A DNA stretch of 64,000 nucleotides, from positions 186,001 to 250,000 of IMG/VR virus record IMGVR_UViG_3300018080_008436. One strand, given 5' to 3'. The notes beneath the pieces are model-generated. The model saw only the letters and a program-made list of their open reading frames with translations. It did no database searches and was not told where the DNA came from. Of the stretch, positions 28,501 to 37,404 are shown piece by piece. The number at the start of each line of letters is the position of its first letter. Position 1 is the first letter of the stretch. A program made the translations under genes and the position numbers.

Positions 28501-30151
28501 ATTGAGAACTTTCAGATTTACTACTGCTCGATTCACTTTGGGAAGACTCAGATTTGGATGATTCAGATTGGGATGATGAACTCTCTGATTTTGAACTACT
28601 GGATTCGGATTGAGACGATTCACTCTTACTACTACTGGACTCGCTTTGAGAGCTTTCGGATTGAGACGAAGAACTTTCAGACTGCGATGATGAACTCTCG
28701 GATTGAGATGACTCAGATTGGGAACTCTCAGATTGTGAGCTAGAAGACTCGCTATCACTCTGGGACGACTCAGATTGGGAACTGCTAGACTCAGACTTAC
28801 TACTCTCAGATTGAGACGATTCTGACTGTGAACTTTCACTTTGAGAACTACTTGATTCACTTTGAGAGGATGAACTCTCGGACTGACTACTCTCACTCTT
28901 TGAACTACTTGACTCTGATTGGGACGACTCACTCTTTGAACTACTTGACTCTGATTGGGACGACTCACTCTGAGACGATTCCGACTGTGAACTTTCACTT
29001 TGAGAACTGCTTGATTCTGATTGAGAACTTTCGGACTGACTACTTTCACTCTTTGAACTACTTGATTCACTCTGAGATGATTCACTCTGAGATGATTCAC
29101 TCTGAGATGATTCACTCTGAGAGCTACTTGATTCCGATTGAGAACTCTCACTTTGAGAACTTTCAGAATGCGCCAAACTTGAAGTTGATGAACTTGAATC
29201 CTTGGAAGAACTTGAACTTGAATCCTTGGAAGAACTCGAAGAGCTTACAGGACAAATTCCGTTCTCTGTTACTGGGGCTGGAGGAGTTCCATTATCAACA
29301 AACCAAGACAAATACCCAGGACCAATCCAAGGGGGAACTAAGTTTGTACTATACGCAGATACCCCTCCAAGAGTCGTTGACAATGTCCATCTACTAAGAT
29401 TCGAATAAAATAGAAATCTTGATCCACTGGAATAATAAACTGTCTCATTGTAAATGCCAACAGCACTGTAAGTAGCATTATAAGAAGTATCTCCAGCATG
29501 TTCCACACAAACATCATCTATCAAACCGCCACTAGAAATTGAAGAACTTGAAGAAAACTGCTCTGAACTACTTGATTCAGATTGAGATGAGGAGCTTTCA
29601 CTATATAGTTGAGATGAGGAGCTACTTTCACTTGACTCACTTGAGATACTTCTGGAACTATCGGAATAATTCTCTGATGAACTTGACTCGCTTGAGATAC
29701 TACTTGAACTCTCAGATGATCCAGAGCTAACACTATATTGTTCTGAACTACTTGAGCTACTTTCACTAGAGCTACTATCACATAAAGTTGGGAGACGAAC
29801 AATAGTTATTGAAGGCCAAACGCCTGTTGTAGTTTGAGCATCAATAAATGTTTGAACCTGTGGTATTGTTGGGTCAGGAGTTATGATATCTGTGAACACC
29901 CAAGCATATTCACAACGAACATCATTAATTGATCTGTCAACATTGCCATCAAAATCAGCATCAGGTATCTCAGGAAGTCTAGCAACAGTTATCGATGGCC
30001 AAACGCCTGTTGCTGTTTGAGCATCAACAAAATCTTGAACCTGAGCTATACTTGGGTTAGGAGTAAATTGATCTACAAAAACCCAAGCATAATAAATACG
30101 AACATCATTTATAGTGATGTCTTTGTCATTGTCGAAATCTGCACAACCCAT
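22568..30151 (-). CDS. 2527-aa serine-rich repeat protein: dockerin-like N-terminus, three repeated domains, LamG-like domain
   Basis: Uninterrupted 7.6-kb frame; DFDNDKDITIND / DFDGNVDRSIND loops; (SQSESSS)n tracts; LLLHCDG...SLLLDGNSDYLSIPDSDDW LamG-type segment. Confidence 0.9.
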   Translation of the reverse strand: MGCADFDNDKDITINDVRIYYAWVFVDQFTPNPSIAQVQDFVDAQTATGVWPSITVARLPEIPDADFDGNVDRSINDVRCEYAWVFTDIITPDPTIPQVQTFIDAQTTTGVWPSITIVRLPTLCDSSSSESSSSSSEQYSVSSGSSESSSSISSESSSSENYSDSSRSISSESSESSSSSQLYSESSSSQSESSSSEQFSSSSSISSGGLIDDVCVEHAGDTSYNATYSAVGIYNETVYYSSGSRFLFYSNLSRWTLSTTLGGVSAYSTNLVPPWIGPGYLSWFVDNGTPPAPVTENGICPVSSSSSSKDSSSSSSKDSSSSTSSLAHSESSQSESSQSESSSSQSESSQSESSQSESSQSESSSSKSESSQSESSQSESSSSQSESSQSESSQSESSQSESSSSKSESSQSESSSSKSESSQSESSSSQSESSSSQSESSQSESSQSESSKSESSSSQSESSQSDSESSSSQSESSQSESSQSESSSSQSESSSSQSESSQSESSSSKSESSQSESSSSKSESSSSQSESSKSESSQSESSSSKSESSQSESSSSQSESSSSQSESSSSQSESSSSQSESSQSESSSSQSDSSQSESSSSQSESSQSSQSESSQSESSSSQSESSSSQSESSQSESSSSKSESSSSQSESSQSESSQSESSQSESSQSESSSSKSDSSQSDSESSSSQSESSQSESSQSDSSQSESSSSQSESSSSQSESSSSQSESSQSESSQSESSSSQSESSSSKSESSSSSEQYSNSSESSGSSSSSEQFSSSSSISSGNLPGTICVELAGDISFNGNYQIAGVHNDTTYYYNGSRFLYFSDSSKWVMSDVLGGTSAYNTASTEPWVSPSSLEWFVISGTPPAPTLEPGVCPVSSSSSSKDSSSSSSKDSSSSTSSEVYSASSESSSTSSENYSESSSTSSENYSESSVSESSVSESSSSKSESSSSSTENVNFEYALCDLFTESISSQSESSQSESSSSQSESSSSQSESSQSESSQSESSSSQSESSSSQSESSSSQSESSQSESSSSQSESSSSQSESSQSESSSSLSESSQSESESSSSKSESSQSESSQSESSSSKSESSSSQSESSQSESSSSQSESSSSQSESSSSSENYSESSSSQSESSSSQSESSSSQSESSSSQSESSSSSTENINYVYEECALFTESISSQSESSSSQSESSSSQSDSSQSESSRSSSSSENYSESSSSQSESSQSESSQSESSQSESSSSSENYSESSSSQSESSSSQSESSSSSENYSESSSSQSDSSSSSTENVNFEYAECDLFTESISSQSESSSSQSESSSSQSDSSQSESSRSSSSSENYSESSSSQSESSQSESSQSESSQSESSSSSENYSESSSSQSESSSSKSESSSSSENYSESSSSQSDSSSSSTENVNFEYAECDLFTESISSQSESSSSQSESSSSQSDSSQSESSQSESSQSESSSSQSESSSSQSESSQSESSSSQSESSSSQSESSSSQSESSQSESSSSQSESSSSENYSESSSTSSISSEDLAIRYCAELAGDGSYNGNYLSAGVHNDTTYYYNGSRFLYFSDSSKWTMSDILDGVSVYDTAVTAPWVSPSSLEWFVNTGTSPAPTLEPGVCPVSSSSSSKDSSSSSSKDSSSSTSSEGYSESSSTSSENYSESSSSQSESSSSQSESSQSESSSSSSTENVNHEYAPCDLFTESISSYSESSQSESSKSESSSSQSDSSQSDSSQSDSSQSESSKSESSSSQSESSKSESSSSQSDSSQSESSKSESESSSSQSESSQSESSESSSSSTENVHFGYLPCELFTESISSESSSSESSSSNSSSSSTENVRHRYRECDLFTESISSESSQSESSQSESSSSGGYSESSQSESSSSQSESSSSQSESSQSSSSSEGFSESSSSQSESSSSQSESSQSSSSSEGFSESSSSQSESSSSQSESSQSSSSSESSSSQSESSQSESSQSESSGSSSSSENYSESSSSKSESSSSSTENINHIYLPCDLFTESISSQSESSQSESSSSQSNSSQSESSSSQSESSSSESESSSSESESSSSESESSSSESSSSSEGYSESSSSSSLGYSESSSESTEQVCLNTKLLLHCDGEDGSTNFPDESDSKHVVTANGTAQVDTAQSKFGGASLLLDGNSDYLSIPDSDDWNIGSGSLTFDCWARYTAGGGLIEFRTDTNNLFTVYVALNGVVYAGHLTGGSWDFEIMSNSAISSSTWTHIAFVHNADNNTQTLYIDGVAQTSTGSYSGTFTNFTQQSYIGYYTRGGTYFGGHIDEVRIVKGLAVWTDNFDVPTAPYDCPNESSSSSEQYSESSSTSSEGYSESSSSSQSDSSQSESSSSKSESSSSQSDSSQSESSSSKSESSSSQSDSSQSESSSSQSESSQSESSSSKSESSSSQSESSQSESSSSQSESSSSQSESSESESSSSESESSSSESESSSSESESSSSSEEYSESSSSESESSSSESESSSSESESSSSSEEYSESSSSSEEYSESSSSEAFPEQYFGDGFEE
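25830..26640. repeat. 369-bp tandem repeat, about 2.2 copies
   Basis: The same sequence recurs at 25838, 26207 and 26576; antisense ORFs are duplicated at the same offset. Confidence 0.85.
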
Positions 30152-30162
30152 TTTATTTTCCT

Positions 30163-33100
30163 TTAACTACTCGAACTTGATGAAAACAAGTTCGAACTTG
30201 ATGACGACACATTATTGAATGACTCTGAGCTAGAACTCTTAACCATCGCGTTTGTGCAATCAAACTCAATATCTTCAAAACTTTCAATCTGGAAGAAATT
30301 AATAATCGTATAAGTATGATATCCTGGGACCGTCCCTCCCAAATAAGAACCTGTAAAATTCGTTGGACCACCTTGATTAACAAGTGTCATTCTTGCTGTG
30401 ATACTAGGATTCTCTACAGGGTCTATCCTATTAATTGGTATATGCACTGCCGCTACCGTCTTGACAGGACTTATATCATAATTATAATTGTATGTGAAAC
30501 TATCTCCCCCATTAAATGACACGCTATCAGAAGCTATCTCCTCAGTTTCAGATCCTGGCTCCAAATAAGTAAGAAGAACGGATAGTTGTTTCAAACATTG
30601 TGCGTCAAGTGAACTCGATGAACTATCATCAGAATATCCCTCGGACGAACTCTCTGAATAACTCGATGAACTCTCTGAATATTGCTCAGATGAAGAACTA
30701 GAGCTACTTGAATCACTTGAATTGCTCTGAGACGATTCAGATTGAGAACTCTCTGATTGTGATGACTCAGATTGAGAACTGCTGGACTCACTTTGGGAAC
30801 TTTCAGATTGAGAACTATCACTCTGAGAACTGCTGGATTCAGATTGAGAACTCTCAGATTGAGAACTGGAAGACTCAGACTTAGAGGAAGAAGACTCACT
30901 CTCGGAACTTGAACTTTCTGAATATTGTTCAGAACTTGAACTTGACTCAGAACTAACGGAACTAACAGAATATCCTCCAGATGACGATGAACTAGATGAG
31001 TCAATACTTGAGCTACTTGAGCTACTTGAACTACTGCTGTAATTAGCATTCGCACATTCTTCACAATTGTTATAAATACTGTCAATGTTATGAGTAATTG
31101 GCTTGTCTACCAAACCAACTCTTTGGTAACAGACTCCATTTACGCTGATAAATTCTGCTTCGGTATATGGAACAACTATATTTCCGTTCCATTCATCGAT
31201 ATCGAGTGCCGTAACAACGTCTTCTATTGGACATCCAAGACCATACAATCCACTAGATGGTCCTGCAAAATTCAATCCTACAATCTTTAATTCTCCACCG
31301 ACTTCAATCAATACAGTAGAACCTGAATCTCCTCCCTGCCCCATTCTTGTATCAGCACTATATAATATTTGGTCAGTAAAATATGCCTGTAAATTGGTTC
31401 CAGACCCATCTCCATAATTGACTGTTGCCGCAGTAAACTTCTGGGTCAATGTTGCAAAAGGAGGTGGAGTAATTCCTGTTGTTCTGCCACTCTTGTAAAC
31501 TTGGTCCCCAATATTGTATTCAGATTTATTGGAAAATGCGAAAGGACCATGTCCAACTTCAAGGATATTAGTAGCCGCATCGTCAACATCAACTGAGAAA
31601 ATCGCACAGTCTACTGAATTACTAGCAACTCCGCTTCCTCCGAACTTCATAGCTACGGCTCTTTTCACCTGACCCGCTCTATCAGTAGGAGAGACACCTC
31701 CATCATTTGGAGATGGCTGTAACATCCACAAACCAGTTGTATCGGTACTACCCTCTTCTCCAAGGAAGGCTTCCTCATAAACATGAGGGTCACTGTGGTT
31801 ACTTGATATGTTCGAAAAGCTAAACTCTCCTCCACTGTAAATGACTGTAACACTATGAGTATGAGGATTCGTAGTATCTGGATCGCCACCTGACAACAAC
31901 GATCCTCCAGATGAAACAACAACACTAGAAGATATCCCATCTATCAAATTCCCAGCCTGTTGCCCAGTTATTGTAACTAAATGATAATGGCTATATCCCC
32001 AAGATTCCCCTGTACTGAAATCAAGGAAAAAATAAGTTGTTGAATAAGGAGTTCTATAATCAGGATCATATTTCAGGCCAGCACAGTGATTATTAGTAAG
32101 TGCGACCAATGAATCGTCTGTAGTATCTTTTACAATAGCTCCAAGAGTACATGCTGTTCCACTTTCCTCTATGGCACTAATTCCTCCTTGAAGTGGTCTG
32201 TACTTTTCATCATGAGGAGGACATCCGCCACCAGCACCATCTTTACAACTTCCATGAGCGAACAGTTTCTCAACTACAATAATATCTGTTTTGGTGTTAG
32301 TTGACAAACGCTCTGGAATAAGATCATTTTCGTCTAGCTCAGAAATATCAACTTTTCTCTCTACACCGACAACTACGCATGGTTCTCCAGTATCTACACC
32401 ATCAACAATCTTAGTTCCTGCCATGGCCATAACAACATTAGCTTTTGGCGCTATTTCAGCAACATACAATTCATTGGCATCTCTTTCTTCCTGACTATCA
32501 TATTCAGGAGATCTTGGGACGGCTCTTGCCGTAGCTTGACTGAAACTCCTTGGATTAGAGCACATTGTAAATTCAATATTACCATAGCTTGAAGAACTTG
32601 AAGAACTTGAAGAGTCTATCGATGAACTAGAACTGGAAGATTCTGAACTTTCAGATTGTGAACTTTCGGAATAACCTTCAGAAGAAGAACTAGAAGATTC
32701 TGAACTCAAACTCTGAGATGATTCAGAATATTGTTCAGAAGAAGAACTAGACTTACTTGAATCAGATTGTGAACTGTCAGAATAATTTTCGGAACTTGAG
32801 CTAGATTCGCTTGAAACGCTTTGTGAACTGTTAGATTGTGAACTGTCAGAGTAGCCTTGGCTAGACTTACTTGAATCAGACAATGAACTGTCAGATTGTG
32901 AACTGTCAGAATACTCTTCAGACGAACTTGACGAACTTGGAGAACTATCCGAACTGACAGAACTTACAGAGTACTCTTCAGAAGAAGAACTTGAACTACT
33001 GTGACTAGAACTACTTTCACACAGAGTTGGAAGACGAACAATAGTTATTGAAGGCCAAACACCTGTTGCTGTCTGAGCATCAATAAACGCCTGAACTTGC

Positions 33101-33390
33101 GGTATTGTTGGATCAGGAAATGTAAGGTCTGTGAACACCCATGCAAAATAACAACGGACATCATTGATTGTCCTACTTCCATTACCATCAAAATCAGCAT
33201 CAGGGATTTCAGGAAGTATATCTGCGGTTATTGATGGCCAAACACCTGAAGCTGTTTGAGCGTCAATGAAATCTTGAACTTGGGATAATGTTGGATTTGG
33301 AAAATATCTATCCATGAAAACCCAAGCATAATAAACGCGAACGTCATTTATATTCAAGTCAAAATTATGTTCGAAATCTGCACAACCCAT
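30163..33390 (-). CDS. Ser-rich protein with dockerin-like N-terminus and trypsin-like (S1) serine protease domain
   Basis: CTLG...LTNNHCA (His), VDCAIF (Asp), VYKSGRTTG, GGDSGST (Ser). Confidence 0.88.
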   Translation of the reverse strand: MGCADFEHNFDLNINDVRVYYAWVFMDRYFPNPTLSQVQDFIDAQTASGVWPSITADILPEIPDADFDGNGSRTINDVRCYFAWVFTDLTFPDPTIPQVQAFIDAQTATGVWPSITIVRLPTLCESSSSHSSSSSSSEEYSVSSVSSDSSPSSSSSSEEYSDSSQSDSSLSDSSKSSQGYSDSSQSNSSQSVSSESSSSSENYSDSSQSDSSKSSSSSEQYSESSQSLSSESSSSSSEGYSESSQSESSESSSSSSSIDSSSSSSSSSYGNIEFTMCSNPRSFSQATARAVPRSPEYDSQEERDANELYVAEIAPKANVVMAMAGTKIVDGVDTGEPCVVVGVERKVDISELDENDLIPERLSTNTKTDIIVVEKLFAHGSCKDGAGGGCPPHDEKYRPLQGGISAIEESGTACTLGAIVKDTTDDSLVALTNNHCAGLKYDPDYRTPYSTTYFFLDFSTGESWGYSHYHLVTITGQQAGNLIDGISSSVVVSSGGSLLSGGDPDTTNPHTHSVTVIYSGGEFSFSNISSNHSDPHVYEEAFLGEEGSTDTTGLWMLQPSPNDGGVSPTDRAGQVKRAVAMKFGGSGVASNSVDCAIFSVDVDDAATNILEVGHGPFAFSNKSEYNIGDQVYKSGRTTGITPPPFATLTQKFTAATVNYGDGSGTNLQAYFTDQILYSADTRMGQGGDSGSTVLIEVGGELKIVGLNFAGPSSGLYGLGCPIEDVVTALDIDEWNGNIVVPYTEAEFISVNGVCYQRVGLVDKPITHNIDSIYNNCEECANANYSSSSSSSSSSSIDSSSSSSSGGYSVSSVSSESSSSSEQYSESSSSESESSSSKSESSSSQSESSQSESSSSQSDSSQSESSQSESSSSQSESSQSESSQSESSQSNSSDSSSSSSSSEQYSESSSSYSESSSEGYSDDSSSSSLDAQCLKQLSVLLTYLEPGSETEEIASDSVSFNGGDSFTYNYNYDISPVKTVAAVHIPINRIDPVENPSITARMTLVNQGGPTNFTGSYLGGTVPGYHTYTIINFFQIESFEDIEFDCTNAMVKSSSSESFNNVSSSSSNLFSSSSSS

Positions 33391-33404
33391 TTTGTATTTT
33401 CCCT

Positions 33405-34931
33405 TTAGTTACTTGAAGTCGATGATGAAGACTCATTATTAAACGATTCTGAGCTAGAACTCTTTACCATAGCATTTGTGCAATAGAACCTAACTGAATT
33501 GAATTCCTCTATAAAATCAAAATTAACAAGCGAATACCTAGCATCATCCCCCGATGATAAGAAATCAAGATATGAAGCAACATATGTTGTTTCAAACGTA
33601 CTGTTCCTTCTAGTCATTCTAGTTGTTATTCCTAAATTCTGAGATGTATCTAACCTGTTCTTATTAATAACAAATGATACAACTGTTTGTGTTGATGGGA
33701 TGACTGCGGAATCAAAATTATAAGTAAAATAGCCATTCCCATTATAATCTACACTATTAGATGTGAATGTATCTGAACCACCCTCAATATATTCTACTTC
33801 AATAGTTAATGGCTTGAGACATTCTGTGTCATCCAAAGAACTTGAACTACTTGATGACTCACTGTAGTTCTCTGAGCTAGTTGAAGAACTAGACTCTGAA
33901 TCTAAAATAACAGCAGAACTGGACGAACTATTAGACTGGGAACTTTCGCTTGCAGAAGATTCGCTTTGAGAAGAACTTGATTCGGACTTAGACGAACTTG
34001 ACTCAGATTCCGAACTACTTGACTCAGATTCCGAACTACTAGATTCACTCTCTGAACTACTTGACTCTGAACTCTCCGACTGAGAGCTTGAACTTTGCGA
34101 ACTTTCAGACTGTGATGATTCAGACTTGGAACTTTCAGACTGTGATGATTCAGACTGTGATGACTCTGACTGTGAACTTTCAGATTGACTACTTGAACTC
34201 TCTGATTGTGAACTTTCGCTTTGAGAACTCTCACTTGCAGAACTTTCAGACTCAGAACTTTCAGACTCACTTGCAGAACTTTCAGACTCAGAACTTGAGG
34301 ATTCAGAATAGTCTTCAGAAGAGGATGAAGATTCGCTTTCTGAACTACTTGATTCTGAGGCCGAAGATTCGCTTTCTGAACTACTTGATTCGCTATTGCC
34401 CTCAGATGATGTACTTGAACTTGAGTCTAAAGAGGAGCTTGAACTTGATGTAGTTGAAGAACTTGATGAAGATACGTTATTAAAACTCTCTGAAGAACTA
34501 GACTCATCTGATATCAACTCTTCACTCGAACTTGAAGAACTTGAATCATAAACAACAATATAACCAGTTTCTTGTTCCCCAGAAGTAGGATCTCTTAACG
34601 GAATCCATTCGTTGTCAAATAAATTCGTTGTTACAGTTCTATATTTGGGTACATACCTTTTGATTGGTGGGTTGGGCTTTGTGATGAAAGGATCAGCATC
34701 TCCAACCTGAATTCTCACGATTTCTATGATATACCAAGCAGGAGAAAAACAATATCCACCATACTCATAATGGAATATCAAAATGTAAACTTTAGGAGTA
34801 ACTTCGCCCGTAACGATGTCTGTGTCTTTCTTGATGTAGAACGGCTGGCCATCATGAGTTCCTCTTAACTCATAAATACCATTAGCGTTTTCATCGCCAA
34901 AATCAATAGCGATTAGCTGGGGGAAAGACAT
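33405..34931 (-). CDS. Ser-rich protein
   Basis: 508 aa; C-terminal CLK.L......Y.E.G...CTNAMVKSSSSESFNN domain shared with the 30163 ORF. Confidence 0.8.
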   Translation of the reverse strand: MSFPQLIAIDFGDENANGIYELRGTHDGQPFYIKKDTDIVTGEVTPKVYILIFHYEYGGYCFSPAWYIIEIVRIQVGDADPFITKPNPPIKRYVPKYRTVTTNLFDNEWIPLRDPTSGEQETGYIVVYDSSSSSSSEELISDESSSSESFNNVSSSSSSTTSSSSSSLDSSSSTSSEGNSESSSSESESSASESSSSESESSSSSEDYSESSSSESESSASESESSESESSASESSQSESSQSESSSSQSESSQSESSQSESSQSESSKSESSQSESSQSSSSQSESSESSSSESESSSSESESSSSESESSSSKSESSSSQSESSASESSQSNSSSSSAVILDSESSSSTSSENYSESSSSSSSLDDTECLKPLTIEVEYIEGGSDTFTSNSVDYNGNGYFTYNFDSAVIPSTQTVVSFVINKNRLDTSQNLGITTRMTRRNSTFETTYVASYLDFLSSGDDARYSLVNFDFIEEFNSVRFYCTNAMVKSSSSESFNNESSSSTSSN

Positions 34932-35084
34932 GTTATTATCTCCAAAATCATATGCAACAATTATTTAACAGATTAATTTTTAGAATGTTTTTTACAATCC
35001 TCTGACTATAATTGATATTCACGTTCTTAATAAATTCGCGTTTTGTCAACAAGAAACCTTTTCCAAAAGCAAAAAACTACTAAA

Positions 35085-35888
35085 TTACTCCTCATTAAAG
35101 AAGTCTGACTTAATAACTTTCATAATCCCTGTGTAACGAGACATGTTTTCGCGATAATTATATGTTGATCGATTACTTAAAATTGCCCAGTTCTGAACCG
35201 TATCTATACTCCACTTATTTAAACAAGGAATAATAGGACCAGTGGCAATCGCAATAACATACTTGACTTTCGTGGAGATATTACCAATTTGCATTAAATT
35301 TAAACCGTAATCCAAAGTACATGGGGCGGCACCACTATCAAGATGTCTTGTTACTATGATCTTATAACGATCTTTTAGTCTATCTACAAAAGTATCAAAA
35401 GTACTGGCTGGTTTCTTGTATTGACCACTACATGCCCTTGAGTTGACCAACAATATGTCGAAATCTTCTGGGATATCTTTATGCGCTCTTTCTAAAATCG
35501 ATGGGTTGTTCATCAATATATCATCAACCTTAGTAAAAGGACAGTGAACTCCAATTTCCTTTGACAACAATTGAAAATAGTCAAGGTAAATTTCATTCAA
35601 ACAAAAAGCACCCTTATATCTCTTTCGTTTGAATGGTATACTCGCATACCAGGTGTTAACAGTTTTGTTCCCTGTTGATTTTTCATACCGTCTTCTTGCT
35701 TGCATTGTCCCCAGTTTAATGCGATCTTCCAAACCAACAATATGTGACTGAAGTTCTTTCTTGTACTTTTTCATTACATAGAAAATACAATTTACATCAT
35801 CATTCTGAATGCAAAGGTTTCTCATGTAATGAATCTGATAGACACAATCTCCTAAATGACGACCATTATGGAAATAAATCTCTCTCAT
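35085..35888 (-). CDS. putative glycosyltransferase-like protein
   Basis: HLGDCVY N-terminus and VIAIATGPI resemble GT-B heptosyltransferase-like motifs; weak. Confidence 0.4.
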   Translation of the reverse strand: MREIYFHNGRHLGDCVYQIHYMRNLCIQNDDVNCIFYVMKKYKKELQSHIVGLEDRIKLGTMQARRRYEKSTGNKTVNTWYASIPFKRKRYKGAFCLNEIYLDYFQLLSKEIGVHCPFTKVDDILMNNPSILERAHKDIPEDFDILLVNSRACSGQYKKPASTFDTFVDRLKDRYKIIVTRHLDSGAAPCTLDYGLNLMQIGNISTKVKYVIAIATGPIIPCLNKWSIDTVQNWAILSNRSTYNYRENMSRYTGIMKVIKSDFFNEE

Positions 35889-35890
35889 TT

Positions 35891-36211
35891 TTAATAAGGC
35901 TCTTCAGGTGGAGCAGGAAAATCGTCTGTGTCTAATTCTTCAATTGATGGGTTAAATGCATTAAGAAATGCTTGTCTTTGCTCCAATGGAACATTTAAAA
36001 AATCCATACGTTCATCTGGAATCTTTAAAACAGCCCAACGGCCATCAATCATTTCTTTTGGGGCATCAGCCCATTTAGTTGTTGCCTGCGATTCTGGAGC
36101 AGGCTTTCCATTCTTATTTCCTATTACTGGGAATTGTGGAGAATTATTCAAAGCGTTTAAAGCCGCAATTGCAACATTCTCATCATCCCATACATAATAA
36201 AGCATTCCCAT
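35891..36211 (-). CDS. hypothetical protein
   Basis: 106 aa, AAAGGAG upstream. Confidence 0.7.
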   Translation of the reverse strand: MGMLYYVWDDENVAIAALNALNNSPQFPVIGNKNGKPAPESQATTKWADAPKEMIDGRWAVLKIPDERMDFLNVPLEQRQAFLNAFNPSIEELDTDDFPAPPEEPY

Positions 36212-36267
36212 TTTTTCTCTCCTTTAGAGTTTTGTTATTAATTCAAAAATCAGGAAGGGAATACCTA

Positions 36268-36295
36268 CAAAAAAGCCCCCAAAAAATGGGGGCTT
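36268..36295 (-). terminator. intrinsic terminator closing the Thr/Lys tRNA operon
   Basis: AAGCCCCC-loop-GGGGGCTT followed by a U tract on the minus strand. Confidence 0.75.
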
Positions 36296-36349
36296 GAATT
36301 GCTATATGGGATATATTTTTAATTGGAAATATTACCCACATAGCAATAT

Positions 36350-36437
36350 TGGTGGAGCCGACAGGATTCGAACCTGCGCGGAGCTTGCGCTCTCTTGATT
36401 AAAAGTCAAGTACCTTCAGCCACTCGGTTACGACTCC
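36350..36437 (-). tRNA. tRNA-Lys(TTT) with long variable arm (type II)
   Basis: CTTGA-CTTTTAA-TCAAG; V-arm GAGC-GCAA-GCTC; type II-like D arm; A73; CCA. Confidence 0.9.
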
Positions 36438-36439
36438 AA

Positions 36440-37315
36440 TTAAATTATTCCATAACTTCTCGCCCATTTACGAATTGTATTACATGTTACCCCATATTTT
36501 TTACCAATAGCAACCCAAGTCATCTTATCTATCATGTCTTTTAGCTCTTCTTTAGATGGGCGATTCTGAACCTTACGACGACTTGGCAACTTACCATTAC
36601 ATGAAGTACATCTGGTGCTTCTATGCTCAATTGCTTTGTTGCAATCTACACATCTATTTGTTTTTTCTTCCTCTAGCTTTTTAACATATTCCTCTATGGT
36701 TGTTTCAATTTTACAGTTTGCACATTTGTCCTTAATGACATTTTTGATCTGGGCAACAACCATTTTTCTATGCTTTTTGTCAAGCTTATTGTATTTAGAC
36801 CACCTGATTCTATATACGAACCATCCATTGTCTTCCAAATATTTATTTCTACGCTTATCACTTTTTATTATTTTTTCATCGCAATAATGTTGCTCTCCAT
36901 CGATTTCTATGTCTATTTTTCTTATTGGATCAGAGAAATCGAGTTGATATGTGCCAACTCTGTGATGGTATATTAACTCTATATTCTCATTTCTAAATAA
37001 CTTCTCAAAATATTTTTCTGGGTACGACATTCCTTTGCTATGATGGTTAAGTAAATACGGGACTTTATCTGGATTTTCTTTAAGAAACTTTCTTCTTGCC
37101 TTACTAATCTTTTCTTTTGTTTTCTCTGACAGTTTTCTGGGTTTTAGTTTACAACTTAATTTCATGGCACTCGATCTTTCTCTTGATACAAAATCTCCTC
37201 GTTTTCTGGCAGACGTAATTGCCGCCATACTAACTCCAAATTCCTCAATAACTTCTCTCCATGTATGTCCTTCGTCATAAAACTTCTGAATTTCAATCCA
37301 ATTGTATCTAGGCAT
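36440..37315 (-). CDS. Vsr/DUF559-like endonuclease (putative homing endonuclease) with C-terminal HTH
   Basis: YQLDFS...IDIEIDGEQHY...DKRRNKYLEDNGWFVYRIRW; C-terminus nearly identical to that of the HNH ORF. Confidence 0.88.
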   Translation of the reverse strand: MPRYNWIEIQKFYDEGHTWREVIEEFGVSMAAITSARKRGDFVSRERSSAMKLSCKLKPRKLSEKTKEKISKARRKFLKENPDKVPYLLNHHSKGMSYPEKYFEKLFRNENIELIYHHRVGTYQLDFSDPIRKIDIEIDGEQHYCDEKIIKSDKRRNKYLEDNGWFVYRIRWSKYNKLDKKHRKMVVAQIKNVIKDKCANCKIETTIEEYVKKLEEEKTNRCVDCNKAIEHRSTRCTSCNGKLPSRRKVQNRPSKEELKDMIDKMTWVAIGKKYGVTCNTIRKWARSYGII

Positions 37316-37404
37316 AACAACACTCCTTTTTAGTTGTATTGTTATGTATTTCTAGATAAGTATAGCAACATCCTTTGAGAAATTGGACTTTTATGGTTCA
37401 AATT

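Noticed and set aside
22568-30151. CRISPR-like array
   Set aside because: The repeats are in-frame codon repeats with no constant repeat/unique spacer structure, and there are no cas genes.
22528-34453. Many overlapping ORFs rich in L/N/Q/V/I in other frames or on the plus strand
   Set aside because: They are shadow frames of the low-complexity Ser repeats.
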